A stretch of DNA of 32,535 nt, taken from NCBI RefSeq assembly GCF_001194135.2, contig NC_068984.1:40796243-40828777 (forward strand). Direction: 5' to 3'. Position 1 is the stretch's first letter. Each line of letters starts with the position of its first letter. Position numbers and translations under genes: made by a program. A model generated the notes under the pieces. It had not been told where the DNA came from, made no database searches, and worked only from the letters and a program-made list of their open reading frames with translations. This DNA comes from Octopus bimaculoides. Taxonomy: Eukaryota. Shown piece after piece: positions 11,440-23,545 of this stretch.

Positions 11440-11769
11440 ATGCTAATCTGCTTGGCGACAGTAAAAATATATGTATATATAAATAGATCAATGAACAAAA
11501 GAAATCTTTTATCAGTACCCGTCATTTTCTGATAAAGAGCATTGCAGCACATTTGACTTAAGCTTTTCAATTATTGTTTTGTAATATTCTCAATAGAACA
11601 CACCTTGAGATGAAGAGTTGCAAATTTCTCGAATTTTGCCTGGTGTAAGTATGCTAAAGACCCTCTCGAACATTCCAAATAATCCACTAATCCTGAAAAT
11701 AATTCACTGCTCATTTAATCCACAAACCACAGCAAAACTCAAGCAAATGAGGGAGGTGCATGGTTCCTC

Positions 11770-11900
11770 GAAATCGCAAGCAAATTTCCTTCAGATTACA
11801 CCGTACTGTCTTGAAAAGGGAAAAGACATGTCTATAAAAGTGCGGATTAAACATAGTATGGAATGCCTTTCATCATATAGTCCGCTTGGTCGGGTCTGAC
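11770..11900 (-). repeat. Family X interspersed repeat copy
   Basis: Reverse complement ctatatgatgaaaggcattccatac...tctgaaggaaatttgcttgcgatttc resembles 1855-1990. Confidence 0.45.
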
Positions 11901-12019
11901 GTAGAGATAAAGTTTTAGCTGTTAAACGAATGACAACATCAAGCAAAAATTATATTTCGAACAATGACGGGTTATTTGCTGTCAACAGATTTCTATATTA
12001 TTTTGTATAAAAGCAAACG

Positions 12020-12023
12020 TATG

Positions 12024-12110
<87 letters not shown>

Positions 12111-12125
12111 GAATGCGTGCGCGCA
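12020..12125. repeat. (TG)n microsatellite
   Basis: Direct reading. Confidence 0.95.
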
Positions 12126-12395
12126 CACATAAACACCTGCATGCGTCTTTCAGTTTCGTCACCCACCAGTTACTGCTTGACAAAGCGAAGTGTTACTTCA
12201 AGGCGAAGTATTATTTCAAAAGTGTCATGAATTTGAGATATTTATATACCTATTTCCTGGAATTTCGTTTCTGTTGAAATCTTGCTAAATCAATTTACTG
12301 CGGAGAATATATATTCTTTTTTCAATTAAATTTGTAAAACCATATTCGTAGCATTGTGGTATGTATATGTATATGTGTATGTATGTATGTATGTA

Positions 12396-13285
12396 TTGTG
12401 TTGAGTCAAAAGTCGTGCAATATTTTTGTAACCGTTTACTTTATTTGTCAAGTTACAACAAAAGCAACCGAGCATTCAAAGTAGAGGCCGTCGAGTTGCA
12501 CTGTATAAAACCACCTTTCTGCCAGTTCTTTGACCCTAACGCTGATACCTTGTTCTTCGAGGCGAAGAACTCTTTCACTGAATCTTCCATTTCTTCTTGA
12601 GCCTTGAAGCGTCGCGAGAACAAGAAATGAGCCGTGGATCAGAACAAGTAATAATCCGAGTGAGTTATCTTGGTGTAGCATCAGTTCGACTCACTCAACT
12701 TTCTGGAGTTTATTTTGTATCGTAAGAGCGATAAGAGTTTTGCATTGCCTTGCTGTGGAAGCTCACTTTTTGTTAACCGATGCCGGGTATTTTTGCCGCA
12801 CAATGACATACATCCCTTCCAGCTGTTCGGAGTACAAGTTGGCACCGACTGTTCGACCGTCCGTAACGAACTCATAGTGAATCATCCCCTCGTAATCCAA
12901 CCAAACGCAGAGCATCACCTTGTGTTCGAAACGTCTATGTTTGGCGATAGGTTCCGGAAGCTGTCCCTTGCTTAACCGCTGCTTATGCACGTTGAGATTT
13001 CAGAAAAATATCTCCCTCGGATTATTACTTGTTCTGAACCCATGTTTCACTTCCTGCGCTCGCGATGCTTGATCAGCCAAGAGGAGGGGGAAGCTTCGGT
13101 GGACGAGTTCTTCACCTCGAAGGACAAGAACTGGTATCAGTGTGGAATCAAAGAACTGCCAGAAAGGTGGCTTCAGACGGTACAACACGATGGCCTCTAT
13201 TTTAAATGCTGGGCTGCTTTGTCGTAACTTGACGACTAAAGCAAATAAACGACCAAAATATTGCAAAACTTTTGATTTAACACTA
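12396..13285. mobile_element. Mariner derivative made of two outward-facing 3' ends
   Basis: TA at 12394-95 and 13286-87. Ends TTGTGTTGAGTCAAAAGT and ACTTTTGATTTAACACTA. The minus arm encodes HKVMLCVWLDYEGMIHYE...SDYYLF*STAHFL...KELAERW...DGLYFE; the plus arm from about 13005 encodes PSDYYLF*...FHFLR...KELPERWLQTVQHDGLYFK. Confidence 0.85.
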
Positions 13286-13364
13286 TAGTATACTGTTCCC
13301 AAGCTTCTATTTAGATCTTAGGAAACCAGTGTTACAAACCAGAAATACTAAAATATAGTTTCTT

Positions 13365-13584
13365 CATTTTCTTTCTTTCTTCCTTTATTTATTTATTTAT
13401 TTATTTATTTATTCTGTTCATTCATTTATTCTTTCATTCTTTCTTTCTTTCTTTGTTGCATTCATTTTCTCTCTTCTATCTCTCCACAACGCACGCAGGC
13501 ACACACACACACACACACACTCACACACGCACACACACATAAGCACACAGGCACGCAAACACACACACACGTATTATGTATATG

Positions 13585-13634
<50 letters not shown>

Positions 13635-13790
13635 CATTTGTGTAATATATATATAGTATACATATATGTGTGCACGTGTGTGTATGTGTATGTGTATACG
13701 TATGTACACACATGCATGTATGCATGTTTCTGTTGTTTCTCAGTGTGTTTGTGTGTGTATGCATGTATGTATGTACGTATGTGTATGTCA
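13365..13790. repeat. Compound TTTC/TTTA/CA/TA/TG microsatellite block
   Basis: Direct reading. Confidence 0.85.
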
Positions 13791-14541
13791 GTATTGTTCT
13801 CTTGTGGTTACATAATATATTTTCCTGTGGTTCCAATAGGTGGAGTTCTTGCCAGGGATTTTAATAGTCACGTTCTTCTGCTGTGGTTTCACTAGCCGCT
13901 ATCTCTTATTGTATATTTTCCTGTTACAATTACGTAGCTGTTAAAATTGCTTCCGGGTTGTGATTATGGATAAAAGACAAAACTCTAACCAGATGTACTG
14001 TTCATGCTCACACAACGCAATATCCATTCTATGCATTCTGTGACTGTTTATTACATTAGTTCTCACTAGTGAAGGTAACATCATGTCTACGTGCAAACGA
14101 AAAAAAATTCCTAATTTGATATTATTGTACAGTTGAAATTTAATTTCACTGACATCTTTCTCTTCGCTCAGATGATTAAAGATAAATTGCTTTGAAACAA
14201 CAATCCGTATGAACTAGCAACATTGTTTGGTATCTTTGCAGGAGATCTTGCAATAACGTTCAGCCAGTATTATCATGAAAGGAATTCATCGAGGCAAAAT
14301 ACAATTAGGAGACCGAACATATGATATCTGCCTGAAGCACCGACACATTATTAAGTTTGGCCATAAGGTTGATTATCGGATGTTCTTTCAACGACCCAAA
14401 TGTCCAGTTTTACACAATATGAGTACATGTTCTCAACCTTTCTCCGATAATACCACTACATAGTGAATATCTGCCTAAGCGAATTCCCCGTGCCAGCATT
14501 TAGAACAAGTATTAACTTCATCAGATTATCTTAACTCTTCC

Positions 14542-14575
<34 letters not shown>

Positions 14576-15825
14576 GTCCACCATTCCGCTCCAGTAACAA
14601 TTTTACATGATATGGATTCAGCCTTTGCTCTTGGGAATAATCCATAAAATATAGCATATTTACCATCTGTTTTTTCTGAACAAAAACATCAAAGAAAACA
14701 ATAGCTAAGTGGGTGTGTAAAATCAACATTTAGACTACTTCAATAAAATATTTAATCAGAAGTGTTCGTGACTGCTCAAAAAGAGAGGCGTTATTCACCT
14801 TTCACAATAATGTACTTTCATATATGACACATTTAATGGAACAAAAGATTTACTGTGACGGTGAAGAACTGTAAGGTTCATCCTCATCAGAGTATACCAT
14901 TTTATTCAGTTATTTTAGGGAAATAGAGAGAGAAAGAATCTAAATTAAAGGGTTATTAAGAAAAATCATCAAACTGAACCTATATCTTTAATCATTCTAC
15001 TGACAAATTAGGGATTTAGACAGATTAAATAAGAAGCTCACGTGTATTACAATTGCCTCGTTATCCGACATAAGCTAATATACTCAGTAACGCCATTGTG
15101 CTTCATTGGTCAATATAGAATGTTCGCTTATGTTTGTTTGTGTGCATGTGTGTGTGTGTGTGTGTGCGCGGGTGCGCGCATGCGTATGTGTGTACGTATG
15201 GCATGCATTATTTCTCCGGTAATTATGTGGTGTGTTGCTCTTGTATAGTCACTTATCAATCCAGATCGAACAGACGTATGATGACAGCAATTCTATCTGT
15301 AGCCATCCTGTCTTTTTTCAGCGCTACCTAGACTACATTACCTAGCATACTTCTCCAGTTTTAAAACAGCAGTGTACAATTTCAGGACATTTGATTGCTA
15401 TTTCATACTAGTCGAACGACAGTATAGATATTTCTAGTTGCTGTATTGAGTTCTTTCATTAAAGTACTGAACTCTATTTGCTCAGACATAAAATTCGGAT
15501 GAATTCTGTGAAGAAATATTCCAGTACAGGGATCATAAGGGGAGTTTGTAACGGAAAAATTAAGGGAATCATCTTAAGACATACCCAGAGCAGAAAGGAC
15601 AGCGGCCGGCAATGGTTCTTTTAAGATCTCCGTAGCTGTTGTGGTTTGTGGTTGTGGTGGTGGTGGGGGTTAAGGTGGAAGTTATCCTCGGATCAGAGAC
15701 CTAGCTCAAATACAACAGAGCAGGCTCTGCTAAAGAGTGGAGATAATGATATTAATACACCCGACAGGTTAAGCCTATCATTCTAGAACATAGACACACA
15801 CCCTCCCACGAACCTGCACAGTTTC

Positions 15826-16201
15826 TGCCAATCAAAACTGACCCAAAATTTGTTTGATGAAAATGGCATTAAAAAGCTTTCATGGCCAAACCAGTCACCA
15901 GATATAAACCCTATTGAACACCTCTGGGACATAATGGACAGGACACCTCATAAAAAGAACAAAAAACACCTTCAAAGTCAGATCCTTCGAGATTTTTGCA
16001 TGAACCTTGACAAGAAATTCTGCATGACAATATTCCTCATCTGATCAGTAACATGCCTAATAGGGTCTTTGCATTGAAACATGTAAAGGGCATGTCTACT
16101 ATATATTAAATATTCACATTATAACAATTAATAAATAATTTGAATGTAAAATTTCTGATTTAAATAAATTTTAACGATTATTGACTTCTGCCATGTCTGT
16201 G
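15826..16201 (+). mobile_element. Tc1-family transposon 3' fragment (transposase C-terminus relic)
   Basis: KLTQNLFDENGIKKLSWPNQSPDINPIEHLWDIMDR, then after a frameshift *QEILHDNIPHLISNMPNRVFALKHVKGMSTIY* (stop 16107-09). SPDINPIE-LW is a Tc1 (DDE) motif. The right end is approximate. Confidence 0.8.
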
Positions 16202-16606
16202 TATATGGGTTACATGTAATACTTTTCTTGTATTATGTATTTGTTTCTTTTTGCATCTGATATTTATTATTGATCTGTATTATTGAAGCTGTATCCCTTA
16301 ATTTGCTGTTTTTATATACACATACCAAGAAGAAATCTTTCGGAACAGGCGTTATTTTAACGAGATACATCTTGTAACCACCTGAAGAGACACATCTACA
16401 CCACGGATACTCCTAACCCAGTTGCACAGGATCCCACCCATGAGGGATCGATGTTAGATAGTTCGCAACAATTGTAATGATCAATAAACATTGTCATATC
16501 TTCCATCTTCCGTCTCTCTCATTAAACAAATACCCAACGAACACTGTGAAAGTGAACATGTTTTACCGGTGATCTACCAGGTGCATACCCTACGATTTAT
16601 CATCTA

Positions 16607-16656
<50 letters not shown>

Positions 16657-17159
16657 ACGTGTATTGCTGAATGCTGAACGAAAAAGAAAGGAGTGCTCAC
16701 TACATCTTTTTGTGTATATCCTCTACAGCATATATTGAGCACGCCTTTCTCATTTGTTCCACCTGAAACAACGTACAAATAAAAGGTTCCCACGAGGTTG
16801 ACTACTCCGAGCAAACAGAGAAATAAACTGAACATGGAATAACATTTAGTTGGTTACTCTGCGAAAACATGTGTGTGTGTCTTATTTTGTGCCTGCTATT
16901 TTTCTCCGGATCATCTCGCATACAACAGATATATGGTGAAAAGCATCTCAGTCCTGAACATCCTGTTTTTAGGTGGGGTGAGGTAAATTGGATTGCCATG
17001 TTTAATATCCTTCATTTTTTTTTAAGAGAGTAGGATATGTGATTTAAAGGAAATCTGGCTGCTAGCTCTAGCAGCCAGAGCGATCACGTAGAGGCTTCTT
17101 TGTATATATATATACATTAAGAAATGGAGTTAAATGCAAAGGCTATTCAAATCTTTATA

Positions 17160-17249
17160 CTTCCGACATATGTTTCGAAGAAAACATTGGTATTATTGCT
17201 GAGGGGGAAAAAAATTATGTAAAACAATGTAATCGTCTCGTCAGGGAAA
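17160..17249 (-). ncRNA. Type I hammerhead ribozyme, minimal Penelope/retrozyme type
   Basis: Minus strand: uuucc-CUGACGA-gacgauuacauug...caauguuuucuuc-GAAA-C-auau-G-UC-ggaag. All conserved core positions are present. Helix I has 4 WC pairs plus G-U, helix II closes with G-C, and helix III is the palindrome ACAUAUGU. Confidence 0.75.
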
Positions 17250-17622
17250 AACGAGAAACAAAACACATCAATAAGCCATTTTAACTGAATGTGATTGATT
17301 ATCGCATATTTGATGAAGGGAACGCTGGCAAGTTATTTTTTTAAAAAACTGTTAATAGATTTAACGTCAAAGGTAATTTAGAGAAAGAGGAAGAAATTAA
17401 CAGAAAATTAAGTGTGGAGAAATATAGTGCGATAAATGAGTGGAATTAATTTCTTAATTTATCTATGTTATTTCAAAACATTTCACTAAACCCTGGAACT
17501 TCTATCTTTATAAGTAGGCTGTAACATCCTTGGCACTTACGTGAATTTTTGCTATCCTGGTATCTATTTATTTATTTTTACCGTGGTATTTGCTCACATT
17601 GAAAAAATACACACACACACAC

Positions 17623-17657
<35 letters not shown>

Positions 17658-17661
17658 TATA

Positions 17662-18405
17662 NNNNNNNNNNNNNNNNNNNNNNNNNNNNNNNNNNNNNNN
17701 NNNNNNNNNNNNNNNNNNNNNNNNNNNNNNNNNNNNNNNNNNNNNNNNNNNNNNNNNNNNNNNNNNNNNNNNNNNNNNNNNNNNNNNNNNNNNNNNNNNN
17801 NNNNNNNNNNNNNNNNNNNNNNNNNNNNNNNNNNNNNNNNNNNNNNNNNNNNNNNNNNNNNNNNNNNNNNNNNNNNNNNNNNNNNNNNNNNNNNNNNNNN
17901 NNNNNNNNNNNNNNNNNNNNNNNNNNNNNNNNNNNNNNNNNNNNNNNNNNNNNNNNNNNNNNNNNNNNNNNNNNNNNNNNNNNNNNNNNNNNNNNNNNNN
18001 NNNNNNNNNNNNNNNNNNNNNNNNNNNNNNNNNNNNNNNNNNNNNNNNNNNNNNNNNNNNNNNNNNNNNNNNNNNNNNNNNNNNNNNNNNNNNNNNNNNN
18101 NNNNNNNNNNNNNNNNNNNNNNNNNNNNNNNNNNNNNNNNNNNNNNNNNNNNNNNNNNNNNNNNNNNNNNNNNNNNNNNNNNNNNNNNNNNNNNNNNNNN
18201 NNNNNNNNNNNNNNNNNNNNNNNNNNNNNNNNNNNNNNNNNNNNNNNNNNNNNNNNNNNNNNNNNNNNNNNNNNNNNNNNNNNNNNNNNNNNNNNNNNNN
18301 NNNNNNNNNNNNNNNNNNNNNNNNNNNNNNNNNNNNNNNNNNNNNNNNNNNNNNNNNNNNNNNNNNNNNNNNNNNNNNNNNNNNNNNNNNNNNNNNNNNN
18401 NNNNN
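17662..18405. other. Assembly gap
   Basis: Run of N. Confidence 1.
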
Positions 18406-18774
18406 GTGTGGAAGTTGACTCCTCACTGAGTAAGACAACTTCTGAAACACATTTCATTCCTAGAAATATCTCACATTTGGTTTCTCGCCGTTGATGACTT
18501 CCCATATGGCTCTTAAGATCTGCAAGGGGCGCACAAGTCATACACACGCACACACACACACACACTCACACACACAGCCTTTCGGCCAAACACGAGGATG
18601 ATGGGTAACGCCTAGAAGAAATCCTCAATGGATATAAAAAGAGAAATAGTAAGTGAGGAGAAAATGTTGACCGGCAGGCTAGGCGTCCGGTGGCGAAAAA
18701 GCAGAGATGAGAAAATTAGTCACGGGTCACGTGTGGGCAGTAGATAGAAGGGAAGGAAGATGAGAGAGAGGGAA

Positions 18775-18817
<43 letters not shown>

Positions 18818-18827
18818 NNNNNNNNNN

Positions 18828-18939
18828 GAACAAGTACTAGGCTTACAAAGAATAAGTCCTGGGGTCGATTTGCTCGACTAAAGGCGGTGCTCCAGCATGG
18901 CCGCAGTCAAATAACTGAAACAAGTAAAAGAGTAAAGAG

Positions 18940-18940
<1 letters not shown>
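18828..18940 (+). mobile_element. SINE family B, 3' portion
   Basis: aagtactaggcttacaaagaataagtcctggggtcgatttgctcgactaaaggcggtgctccagcatggccgcagtcaaataactgaaac matches 28120-28243 and 32430-32535. Confidence 0.85.
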
Positions 18941-18971
<31 letters not shown>

Positions 18972-19025
18972 CACACACATACGTATATAAATGTTCATAT
19001 ATAAATATCATACATATATTCACAA

Positions 19026-19057
<32 letters not shown>

Positions 19058-19289
19058 TCACTAGCACAAATATATATATATATATATTGACCAAATGTGT
19101 TCTCCTTGGTTTAATAATTCCATTTTTGTGCTAAAATAATTTCACTCACGGCAAAGAAAAAGAAACAAATACAAAAAATAAATGAAATACTAATTTCAGG
19201 GAATACTTTCTATGTAAAATTTTAGACTAGATTTAAGAAAAATATGGTTTTGATTTCGTCTGTTCACCTAATGTATTCTCAACTTGTTT

Positions 19290-19299
19290 CTTTCTCGCT

Positions 19300-19346
<47 letters not shown>

Positions 19347-19577
19347 TCTCACTATCTATCTATTCTATCTTCTTTTCTCTTTCTGTCTCTCGCTTTCTCT
19401 CCCTCTCTCGCTACCCCCTCTCTCTCTCTCTCATGCACAGACTACTACTGTCTTTTTTCCTCTCCCGGTCCGTTTTCAATCTTCATGTAGCGCAATCTTT
19501 TTCCCTGTCTGTATCTTTCAATCTCTCTCTTGTATTTCTTTGTATTTCTTCTCGAAATTCCTTCCTCTGTCAAATCT

Positions 19578-19644
<67 letters not shown>

Positions 19645-19650
19645 GCTATC
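19290..19650. repeat. (CT)n and (TCTA)n microsatellites
   Basis: Direct reading. Confidence 0.9.
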
Positions 19651-20880
19651 AGTCTCTCTGTCTATTTTCCTGCATATCTAATTTAGCTGTATGTCAATCT
19701 ACCTCTCTCATGTCAAATATCATTTATCCATCTATCTTGTGTTTCGGTGACCGTTCGTAACTCCGAAATTAGCTTAAGGTGACATGAACACCGACACGAG
19801 TCATAACAAAAACAAAGTCATTTTCCCACCAACGATGTATACATGCTAGTTAGACGGAAAAGTCATCAGCAATGGCGGTAGCTGGCTGTCGTCTGCCGAA
19901 AGGCGGCGGTTAGTGAACAACAACAAGGGCAGCGACAGCAGCAACAATTTGGACGAACGGTGAACAAAATGCTTAAAAAATGAAGGTAGATTTCAAAAAA
20001 AATTTATGTTTATTAATTTATTTCTTTATATAATTTGTTTATTCCAGAATGTCTTATAAAACTTGTTTTTCTATTGTAGTTTTTGTTGTTTCAGCTACTG
20101 TGCGTAACCTCACCATTTTCTTTCTCCTCTTACCCCCCCCCCCCATATTACAACGTCTCCATCTCTCTTTCTTCGCCTTTCCCTTTCTCCTTCTCCAATG
20201 CTGCTGCTGCAAGTGAGATGACAGAATGTTGACAACCCCATTGAACACACGTCAGTCACCGTTAGATCTTACCGACAGAATACAATTGCAAAAGCCCTTC
20301 TATCTAAACAAGCAATTGCTTCCAGCCGCTGGTGACGGTGGTTCGGTGTATAATCCCCACCTCCAACACCAATAACACAACAACGACAACACTGATTCAC
20401 AACAGCTTTCTGTACGTTTGTTTTTTTCTTTTGCTCTCTCTCTCTCTTTCTTCCTCTCCCTCTCTTCCTTACCACTGTTTTGTTTAGTTTTGTTTGTGTT
20501 ACTGTTTTAAGCCTTTTTTTGTTGACAAAAAAATGCCCGAAACGGAATTGTGTGGGCTTCTTACCAACTCTGGCCTCCGTGCCATGAACCCGTTATTTAC
20601 CAATGTTTAAATAAAATGCATTAAGAGAGACAAGAAGGAAAAGGTAAGAAAGGAAACGAGATACAGCAAGCATCGAGTAAAACTAAGCTTGATTTAAGTA
20701 ATCCTATTAAGATGTTACGATAAAAGATCAATTCTAGTAGAGTGTGAGTTTAAAACGAAGATCGTTTTGTGAAGAAACAATTAATAAAGTCTTCTGTAAA
20801 TACTGACTTGTTGTAAACATGATCAGAGATTGTATTTGGAGTTAAACAGAAGACGGGCGTAAGTGGAAGAGGAGGGGGAC

Positions 20881-20982
20881 GAAGAAGAAGAAGAAGAAGA
20901 AGAAGAAGAAGAAGAAGAAGAAGAAGAAGAAGAAGGAGAAGAAGAAGAAGAAGAAGAAGAAGAAGAAGAAGAAGAAGAAGAA
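20881..20982. repeat. (GAA)n microsatellite
   Basis: Direct reading. Confidence 0.95.
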
Positions 20983-21009
20983 ATAACTTGGTTTCAAAAC
21001 CAGCAAGTT

Positions 21010-21172
21010 CGAGGGAGGTGTTAAGTCGATCACGTTGACCCCAGTACTCAACTGTTATTTATTTTATCGACATCGAAAGGATGAAACGCAAAGTCGATCT
21101 CGGCGGAACTCGAACTCAGAACGTAGAGATAGACGAAATATCATTAAGCATTTTGCCCAGCTTGCTAACGAT
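21010..21172 (-). mobile_element. SINE family A
   Basis: Reverse complement of head and core. Confidence 0.85.
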
Positions 21173-21374
21173 TCTTTTCTACTCAAGGCACAAGGCCCGA
21201 AATTTTTTTGGTGGGGTGGGGGACCAGTCGATTAGATCGACTCCAGTACGCAACTGGTACTTAATTTCTCGACCCCAAAGGGATGAAAGGCAACGTCGAA
21301 CTCGGTGGAATTTGAGCTCAAAACATAAAGACAGACGACAAATCGTGCTAACGATTCTGCCAACTCACCGCCTT
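21173..21374 (-). mobile_element. SINE family A, tandem with the previous copy
   Basis: Ends caactcaccgcctt (head); tail tttctactcaaggcacaaggcccgaaat. Confidence 0.85.
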
Positions 21375-22726
21375 AGAAGAAGATTGAATTTCTCAGTTGT
21401 GTTCTGACCGTCGTGAAGAACTTAATTCCTGTTGAAATAGAATATTAAAAAAAAGCATAACCCAGTTTCAATTCCTGCTGTGACCATTTCACTTCGCTTA
21501 AGTGACTGATGCTCTTGAAAACAGCAATGAACGTCTCTTTTGCTTTCTCTTATTGTGCTTATATAAGATGCTGCCCAGGGACGTCCAAATGCGTATGTGA
21601 CGTGGGAGACAGCCAGACTGAGAAAAGTTTCCGTGGGACATTTAAAGGAAGTAAAGCTTGCCAGGTTACATTTCCAATAGAATGACGATATGACAATATG
21701 ATTTACTTGTACCTTCACCCTGTCTACATTAGCCGGAAGTGATAGGATGAGAACATTTCCTCTAGACGTTACTTTATTTACTTCCCTCCAATGTCAGCTT
21801 TAGTCGGAAGTGATGAGGTTACAGCAACATTGCTCCTAGATGTCGCTTTGATTTACTCCCCTCTTCTTAGTCAAGGAAAATGATGGAACTCAAGTAGTAA
21901 GAAACCCAACAGAGGAACGGCGGGAACACATTTTTGACTCACATAGAATTCTTCTCTAAGCAGAATAAATTTTGACGTCACAACCAATTTCAAATCTCGT
22001 TTCCGTTGCATTAAGCCAACAATAGTGTTATTATGCAGCTACGATAAGGTGAAATTTGAAGATTCAAGTGCTATTTAGCTGATTAAATCACATTGTTAAC
22101 TCTCTCATTAGCTCGTAAGCCGACAATAGAATGCGATGAATGGGTGAAAATAGTCAACAATATGAAATCCGTGGTCTTCCATAGAGAATAGTAATAAAGG
22201 AATATATAGAAGAATTACTAGTCAAAACATTCTCAACAGCACTAGTTGTAGTGATTATGCTTTTCTCAGTGGTGATAGAAATACCGAGAGTTAGCACTAA
22301 ATCTACCATATTCTTCTTAGTCGGCATCGAAATCAATTCGATGAAAACGAGCCGACGTGGACCTTCAATATGTTGGCACTTTAGACAGTAGGATTAGCAG
22401 CTAAATTTTCTTCCGATCACAACCTGCATTGTATCTCATGAAGGACGCATTAAATACAATGTCTGAATAACAAAGACATAATAATCACGGTTAGAACGTC
22501 TTTGGTTATAGGCCTACCCGATAAGAGCTGGCTTGAGACTCAGCGACTACAATATCAAAAAGAAAACTGAGTGGAAATCAATTTACTGTAGCGCTAAACG
22601 GTAAACGTAAAGATTTTGTAGATAATGTCTGAACTGGTAATGCAGGAAAAAGCATTTGCTAGTAATTAGTAAAAGGCAATGGCAGCTACGCTTGGTTGTA
22701 AGGTTAAACATAGATACAGCAGGAAG

Positions 22727-22727
22727 T

Positions 22728-22789
<62 letters not shown>

Positions 22790-23092
22790 CTTGACACATT
22801 GCAAAATAGGACACGGCACTGTGTACAAGCTCTGCCGATTACTGTACTAATGGAGCATGAAACTTTTAGTAGCTCACATTCAAATCCCATGTTTATGAAA
22901 TTATATACATATATATGTGTGTGTGTGTGTTCATTTACATATTTATGCATGTACAAGGTTTCAATTTCACTTTATCAATTTCTCCAAAATTAATCAAATA
23001 AATACTAGCAAAGAATTCAGATCGATTCATTCAATTGTAACGATATCGATATAAATTACAGTGGCTTTCTCTCGTTCGCTCTTCTTTCTTTT

Positions 23093-23124
<32 letters not shown>

Positions 23125-23152
23125 ACTTTCTTGCTTTCTTTCTTTTCTTTTT

Positions 23153-23212
<60 letters not shown>

Positions 23213-23545
23213 TATCCCAATCTATCTATCTATCTATATACGTACATACGTTCATGTGTGCGTGTGTGTATGTGTGTATGTGTGTGTGTATGTGTGTGTG
23301 TTTGTGTGGCTTAGAAAGATTTTGCATGCCTAAGTCATTACTGAAGTCAGATATCATATATGATACGTATGTGAAGCCACATATCAATATGGTATGATAA
23401 GAGATTATATTGTAGTATACGTGTGTGTGTGTGAGTGTGAGTGTGTGCGTGTGTATGTATGTGTGTGCGTGTGTGTATTACTGTATACGTGTTGTGTGCG
23501 TTTAAATCTGTATGTGTATAAATGTTGCATGTGCGTGTATGTGTG
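22727..23545. repeat. Cluster of TG/AG/TTTC/TCTA/TG microsatellites interleaved with unique DNA
   Basis: Direct reading. Confidence 0.75.

Noticed and set aside
14241-14463. Possible exon or ORF MKGIHRGKIQLGDRTYDICLKHRH...
   Set aside because: Splice-like signals are present, but all three frames read from the acceptor hit stops, and I recognise no homolog.
14850-14900. Minus-strand CTGATGAG followed by a short stem
   Set aside because: No GAAA after the stem, so it is not a hammerhead.
18480-18545. Minus-strand TCAPLADLKSHMGSHQRRETKCEI, resembling a C2H2 zinc finger
   Set aside because: There is no TGEKP linker, second Cys pair or array. It could be a decayed RTE-LINE C-terminal Cys/His motif, but it is too short to call.
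21729-21890. Repeat-spacer-like pattern suggesting CRISPR
   Set aside because: The whole unit is homologous rather than repeat plus unique spacer, there are no cas genes, and the context is eukaryotic.
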